Positions 58,351 to 64,000 of a stretch of 64,000 bases of DNA are shown in pieces. The DNA is from Perkinsus olseni (Eukaryota). The notes below the pieces were generated by a model. It did no database searches and was not told the DNA's origin. It saw only the letters and a program-made list of their open reading frames with translations. The stretch lies in the NCBI GenBank assembly GCA_013115125.1, contig JABANN010000077.1:1-64000 (forward strand), written 5' to 3'. A program made the translations under genes and the position numbers. Each line of letters starts with the position of its first letter. Within the stretch, counting starts at the first letter, position 1.

Positions 58351-58895
58351 TCAGCCAAGGAAGTTCACGCAGCTGAAAAAAAGTACCTGATAGAGAAAGA
58401 TTTCGGAATGGAGTGGTACGGAAGAGCCGACCCCCGCGCAGACTAGATAATCCGCGTAAGCTCTCTCGGGTCCAACCTCCTTAAAGGTGTCTCGACCACC
58501 AGTCAGCTGGATACGGTAGCAACCTGAGTCACACGAGGACGAGCTATGACGACCATCCAGCCACAGAGAATGCTTACAGGTAAGAGCAGCTGTTCCCATG
58601 GTAGCCCAAAACCCAGAGAGGAAGGAGTTGTACGGGAACGTGCCCACCAGCCACATGTAGACGAACTGTATAACCGAAAGGTAGGCCAGGAACCTGAGGC
58701 AGGAACCGTATGTTTCGAAAGTGTGTCAGGGGCCCTAGACGACCTACACGATGAACAGGTCCAAGATCCTAACCTTCTGAGGGGTCATCCTGCTGTACCT
58801 ACGGCCAGCTCGGAGTACCGAAAGAGGCGTTGGTCGATGGCGCATCACCTCTCCCAACCCTCCTCCGCGATGGCGTGGACGTCAGCAGTCAGCAT
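58351..58895 (-). CDS. DAD1: Oligosaccharyltransferase subunit DAD1/OST2, spliced
   Basis: TPQKVRILDLF, IQFVYMWLVGTFPYNSFLSGF, PERAYADY, VNFLG*. Confidence 0.95.
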
Positions 58896-59008
58896 CGGGA
58901 AATGGACTAGAAAAAACTGCGAGGGCGGTAGCAAACTCTCCGGGTAAGGCATCGCCCAACTCAACAATAAATCGATCGAAACCCATGGAGCCGTGCATTG
59001 GTCTTATG

Positions 59009-61241
59009 CTACATTTTCACCGTTTCTATTTTCACCCGACTCGCCGGCCGACCCGCATCTTTCTGTGGCGAGATGAAGATACTCGCTATGGACCCAGTAC
59101 CGGTGTCCCTGGGCAAGATATTAACAGAGAGGACTCCTCGGCACAAGTCACCTGGTAAAGACCCCGCAGTTGATGAAGTACCGCCCTCCCGCCTCCTTCC
59201 CAAAGGGTTGCAATAACGAAGGAAAAATCTACCGAAGAAGTAGGTGCTTCGCTCCGCCCGACCAGCCTACGACTATGTCGGTAGAATCGGGCATTCTCAG
59301 CGATCCGGCTCTCAGCTTGTTAGGGTCAATCGGCACAACAGGTGGGCTCAATGGGAAGAGAGACCGATGGGAGACGAACTGAGCGGAGAAGGTGAATCAT
59401 AGGTCGAAGAGTGCAAGATATGCAGTACCTGTTCCAGAGCTAGATCCACCTTAGGCCGCGCCTCAGGGGCCTTCATTAGAATCTCCGCAGTGAATGACCT
59501 CAGGGGATCTGGAAGGGCGATCGACCCTCCCTTCTGCCTACTACTCTCCCTACCAGTAGAGGTAACATAAAGCATCATGTCGTTGATGCTGATGGAGCAG
59601 GGATTGCCTCCCAGCCGTACCTACAGAAGACGAGAAGAAGTCAGCCTGCCCTCAGCGGAGGTATCACCCTACGTGTCTCATTGGCTCCAAGTGCTTAGCA
59701 AGGGTAGCCCACGGCTCGTAGGCCTTCATGGCCATCAACCTGAGGTCAGTGGGCCTCCATTGACCGAGAGGCGATAGCAGGGGACGCTCACGTCGGCTGC
59801 GGTAAGGGGTAGGTGAAGCAGCACTCGCTGAGTGACGATAGGAGTATCAACTGAAGAGAGGAGAGTATCAGGCCACCTGTGACTACCGGCTAGGGACTCG
59901 CTCAAATTTCCGCAGCAAAAAGTCCGCGAATGCCCGTAGACGGGTTCGAACCCACGGCCTCCACCATGCAATCACAAGGCTCCATCCAACAGCGCTAACG
60001 CTCAACCACCTCCCGGTTACATGCGTTCGTGTCTCCCGACACGTGAGCGCCAACTTGACCAGTCTTGGAAGAATCTCCTTGTTGAATTTGTCCTCAAAGC
60101 TCATCGGCGTCTCTACCTAACCCCCCAGCAACCATCCAACTCCCCCACTGCAGCAGCAGTACCTCCTCGAGAAGAGTTGCCTCCATGAAATCAGCATCCA
60201 TGAAGGGGCCCATCAGGATGAGCACGCCTGGCTTGAAGTCAGATACGTACCTAGGGCAGCGGCTGAGGGCAGAGGCCCGCGGTACGGGCCCTACTTGGCG
60301 ATCATCTCCAATCTTTGCCCACCATGCACTTTACCCTTTACTGATTGGAAGGGACCGCTGGCGCATACGACGTGGATAGGGGCGCCGTCGGCATGCGCCA
60401 CCTCGAGAGAGATGCTCGGCCTAGCACTCGACAAGTCTCTTGCGATAAGTTACAGCATTCCTACTCCTCATTGGTGACCTTCCTGCCCCATTCCACGCCG
60501 GCTCCCGTGACCATGCCCTCAGCAACCAGCTCGCCGCCACAGCTGTTGGGGCTTGTACGACCAATAACGCCAACCACACACCCAGGGAACACTGAAAGCA
60601 TCATAACCAGCACGAGCACGACTCCCCTCCTACAAGTGTAGCTGTCCAACGCCTGCACGTTGAGAATCAGTCGCTTTCCTCGACCGCTCGCCCCTGGCCC
60701 TCCTGAGCGGGAACGGAGGCTCGCGACCTTCGGTCAGTGCCGGGGCAGTACCAGTGAATATAGGTTCTAAGAGCAGACTCTGTGGGTTGAGGTTAAGCGG
60801 GTCTGGAACCGGCTGGAGGTTCTCATCCGCCTCACAGCACACACGACCGACCATGAGGACAGCCTGACTGTACCTGACTCGCACAGCCCTTACCGCGTGG
60901 GACACAGCCCTGGCCGTAGCCTCACTGAGTGCCGAACACTCCTATCTCCAAGTCACCCTCCTCTTCCTCCTCAGGATGCATCGAACGGTATAGCTTATTC
61001 GCCTGTAGAAAGGTCGTCGACACTTGGGGGCCAAGCACGGGCTACGTTGGCGACGATTTCGGTATACAGCTTTGCACAACGGGCCGCCTCCCCTTCTCGT
61101 CGGCTCTCCACTGAGTTGTCCATCCACCGATATCTGTCAGTACCGCAAGAAAAGGAATTCCCGGACTGCCCACCCTCACCCTTGGTACTCCCCGCCATCA
61201 AAACGACTGTGGGCACTACGAGCTGATGCCGCTGCCGCCAT
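59009..61241 (-). CDS. POLA2: DNA polymerase alpha subunit B, spliced (start approximate)
   Basis: YRWM, VGRVCCE..LNPQSLLLE, SVFPGCVVGVIG, VVCASGPF, PGVLILMGPFMD, NPCSISIND, HRSLFPL. Confidence 0.82.
59931..60024 (-). pseudogene. Degenerate tRNA-like element in a POLA2 intron
   Basis: GCATGTA...GGTGGTTGAGCG...TTGCATG..GAGGCC-GTGGG-TTCGAAC-CCGTC-TACGGGC-A followed by TTTTT; T-stem mismatched. Confidence 0.5.
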
Positions 61242-61366
61242 GCTCCAATACAACACTGGGCGCCCCGTGAAAGTGAGTACTCAACCAAACCCCACTCCTC
61301 AGCAGAAACGCCTTACAATACTACAGAGCTAATTTACACTGAGCAGACACCTCCTAAAGGGCAACC

Positions 61367-62308
61367 TCAGCCACTGTCATCAGCGGGTCCTTCGACCATG
61401 ATGCGCATAAGGACGCCATAGACTCGTACAGCCTCCGCAAACGTCGGTGCTCTGAATGTTAACGGCACTTTAGCAATCCTGCTGTCCTTATACCCACCCT
61501 TCAGAGGGCCCACAAAGATAGAATTCTGGTCCTGCCGAGGAGATCCAACCAAAACTAGCGTCTTCGGGTTCTCCAGATACTCCTTCCACCGCTCTGACAC
61601 CACCTCCAATACATCTTGCCGTATCTTAGCGTCCTGCGTGCGTCTCATAAATGCCCCCATCGACTTAGCCTGTTCGAATTTCCGCTGCGCACCTCCCTGC
61701 TTGCGTCGTACCGTGTACTTCTTAAAGGTAGTGTGCTCAACTATTTTTCCCTCAGCGTCCCAGACGCAGCCGGCGAATCGTCCGCTGCGGAAGAGCAGCA
61801 ACACGACGAACTGCAAACTCCCCCAAACATCGGCATCGATCGTCGAGGCGAGCGCTATTCGCGGCGAGGAGTCGAGAATCTTCCATGGGTAATTGTCCAT
61901 TATGAACCCCTTGCTCGGCAAATCCGTGGAGCTTTCGCTTTCTCCACCAGACTCCACCTCAGAAGAATCTTCCGAAGAGTCGCAACAGCCGAGCGAGGCT
62001 TCCAGCCATTCATCGTAGCCCAGCGGCGAGGCCCCGGACTGAGCCCGCTTGACATTCTCCACGTGCCATTCGCTCTTACAGTGCTGTCTGAGCGCTGATG
62101 AATCCGTATAGGAATACTCAGGGCACTTGGAGCAGTGACGGCGGTACGTCCCACCCGCGAAGCTGACCCTTCCACGACTTGGCTGCGACGGCGTGACGCG
62201 CTCAGGCATGACCCGTTGGCCAAGGCCGTACAGGCGCCTGTACCGAATAGCCTCTACTGGTGGAAGAATCCGCCATCCCACGGGCGCTGTACTGGACCAC
62301 ATAGCCAT
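61367..62308 (-). CDS. Vms1/ANKZF1-like VLRF1 protein with C2H2 zinc finger, intronless
   Basis: CSKC..LRQHCKSEWHVENVKR, LLFRSGRFAGCVW, HTTFKKYTVRRKQGGAQ, SMGAFMRR, KVPLTFRAPTFAEA. Confidence 0.88.
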   Translation of the reverse strand: MAMWSSTAPVGWRILPPVEAIRYRRLYGLGQRVMPERVTPSQPSRGRVSFAGGTYRRHCSKCPEYSYTDSSALRQHCKSEWHVENVKRAQSGASPLGYDEWLEASLGCCDSSEDSSEVESGGESESSTDLPSKGFIMDNYPWKILDSSPRIALASTIDADVWGSLQFVVLLLFRSGRFAGCVWDAEGKIVEHTTFKKYTVRRKQGGAQRKFEQAKSMGAFMRRTQDAKIRQDVLEVVSERWKEYLENPKTLVLVGSPRQDQNSIFVGPLKGGYKDSRIAKVPLTFRAPTFAEAVRVYGVLMRIMVEGPADDSG

Positions 62309-62879
62309 ACCAAAACAATCGCTAAAGACTGGCGACTGCGGACCAGGGGACTACAGAAAAACTCGAGGACGATACCACCCGACACAACAACATCATGAAG
62401 GCACTGCAAACTCTGTAAAAAGAGCTGAGAGAAAGAGAGCACCTCAACTTGAAAGTTCAGAAGGCCTGAGGATCGGAATGCCTTGGTGAAGTAGCAGAAG
62501 TAGCAGTTTATGGGAAATAGTCAATATGTAATCTGACGCCCTAATGGTCTAGCCCTGATCGGCACTGCTGCCTCACACAGCGAGGAGGACAAGAGTACCA
62601 TGACTGGGCCAGTCAGACTGGCTGTGATGACGGGGAAGAGGACCTACAAAACTGCAAAATCAACGCATAACTCGCCGAAAGAGACCCACCAAGTCTAACG
62701 GCCACTGACAGACTCGTCACTTCTAAGGCATCAGAGCGAAATCTCCCACGTTAGTTCCCTAACCCATTACGCATCGTCATTCCACAACGACCATCCTCGC
62801 CACAGTGAACTACCCTAGTTCACGCATCGGGAAGTGTGATCTTGTCGTCCCTCCAGCAATAGACAGCAACACTCACCTC

Positions 62880-64000
62880 GGCCACTTTCTGCTTTACACC
62901 TCATTCAGCCATACCGGGCACTGCTGGTCGCAACTCGGGTGTTGTTTCCGCGCTGCTCGATGCCTCGTTATTAGCTGCGAAGAGCTTCTTCCTCTCAATG
63001 AGTGGCACTTCGCTGGCGTTCTTCGCTGTCAGCTCAATGCCAAGGCCGCGACGCTCAAATAACCCACATACAGCCTCAGTCATGGTATGCACGTGGGATC
63101 GACTGACAAGAGCGGTTTGCTAGTACTTTGGATGCCTCCAAGACCCCTACTTTTCCTCCAGCTCGGTAAGCGCTCTCTGAGTTCTTCTCATCAACGTCGT
63201 CATCTTCGTCCGACTGAGCGGCCTGTCTTTCGTTGTGAGGGTGTCCTTCGCGACCGCACAAATGTCGTGATGCTCCTCATCCTCGATCAACACCTAAGTG
63301 ACCATCGCCATCGGCGATACGGCCCGACCCCGCGAGAGCCGGGCAGATGTCCTCCGGAAACCCCCACACACACCGTATGCACCAACGTATTGTGATGGCA
63401 ATAGCCGCCCGAGAGGCCGGACTCCCAACCCGTTATAGCGGTCCTTAACTTACCAGATCACGAAGCAGCTCCCGATCCACCTGCTTGGTATCGTGACCTC
63501 CATGCTCGCGCCCATCTAAATAAAGGATTCAAGCGGTCAGATGCGGTGGGGAGGGCTGCGGGTGCTCGCGCCTCCGTCACGACATCAGATCAGCACTGTC
63601 GAAGCGATCGATCAATCACTAGTTTCACAGGGGACAACAACGATCCTCACCTGCCGAGCCTTGAGCGAGCTGAGTGGCCACCCACCAGCTATCCCGAACG
63701 AAGATGAATGGAGCGAGAACGATGAAGACCAAGAACTCGAAGATGCCGGCCACAACACCTGAGGGCTCAACTCACGACCGGAGTTGGCGGTGGGCGGAGG
63801 CGTACCAATGAAGAAGCCGTAGACTCCTCCTGTATGGCCCCCCTGTACCATACCCTTGAATAGGGTCGTTCCGGCATTGAGTGCTTTCACCTGAATCAAC
63901 AGCGAAGTTCGTAGCACGTGAGAGTGCAATAGAAGGACATACGAAGTGAACATAGAGGATGCCTCCCCGAGTCCTTCCCCAATCGGCTGTCCTCAACGGC
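62880..64000 (-). CDS. Partial hypothetical membrane protein running off the right edge, spliced
   Basis: Exons GGHTGGVYGFFI / GVVAGIFEFLVFIVLAPFIFVRDSWW / LNPLFRWAREHGG bounded by GT-AG; boundaries uncertain. Confidence 0.35.

Noticed and set aside
14873..59955. tRNA 3' relics as LTR primer-binding sites
   Set aside because: They lack the TGG complementary to CCA, and no adjacent LTR ends are visible.
62618..62712. C/D snoRNA candidate (GTGATGA...CTGA) with partial SSU rRNA complementarity
   Set aside because: Only 8 contiguous complementary nt (AACGGCCA); similar weak candidates at ~35667 and ~42923 lack a D box or a guide.

Overview
Gene-dense eukaryotic nuclear DNA with many short GT-AG introns, so the six-frame ORF track mostly shows exon fragments. 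The source is most likely a Perkinsus-like alveolate. This is inferred from a DXR with a bipartite plastid leader, flagellar genes, and snoRNA guides matching the dinoflagellate-type LSU rRNA 5' end. I reconstructed about 27 protein genes by hand. The recognisable ones are MRPL49, LRRCC1-like, an FkbM methyltransferase, DXR, GCH1, SF3B4, DUF3128, two carnosine-synthase-like ATP-grasp ligases, VAP, a histidine phosphatase, CAX, a MYND-USP, importin beta, two amino-acid transporters, MCM8-like, DRC10, a KH protein, DAD1, POLA2 and Vms1-like; the rest are hypothetical. The window also has one tRNA-Arg(ACG), two candidate C/D snoRNAs and a decayed LTR integrase inside an intron. Most notable: a secreted Cys-rich/PAN-like/FkbM fusion; tandem intronless ATP-grasp ligases; tRNA 3'-end relics with exact canonical spacing, two of them in introns; an MCM8-like protein with degenerate Walker motifs; a MYND-USP-SEC-C architecture; and same-strand gene blocks with ncRNAs or a hairpin at convergent strand switches. 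Family calls rest on recalled motifs, not database searches, and starts of spliced genes are approximate.
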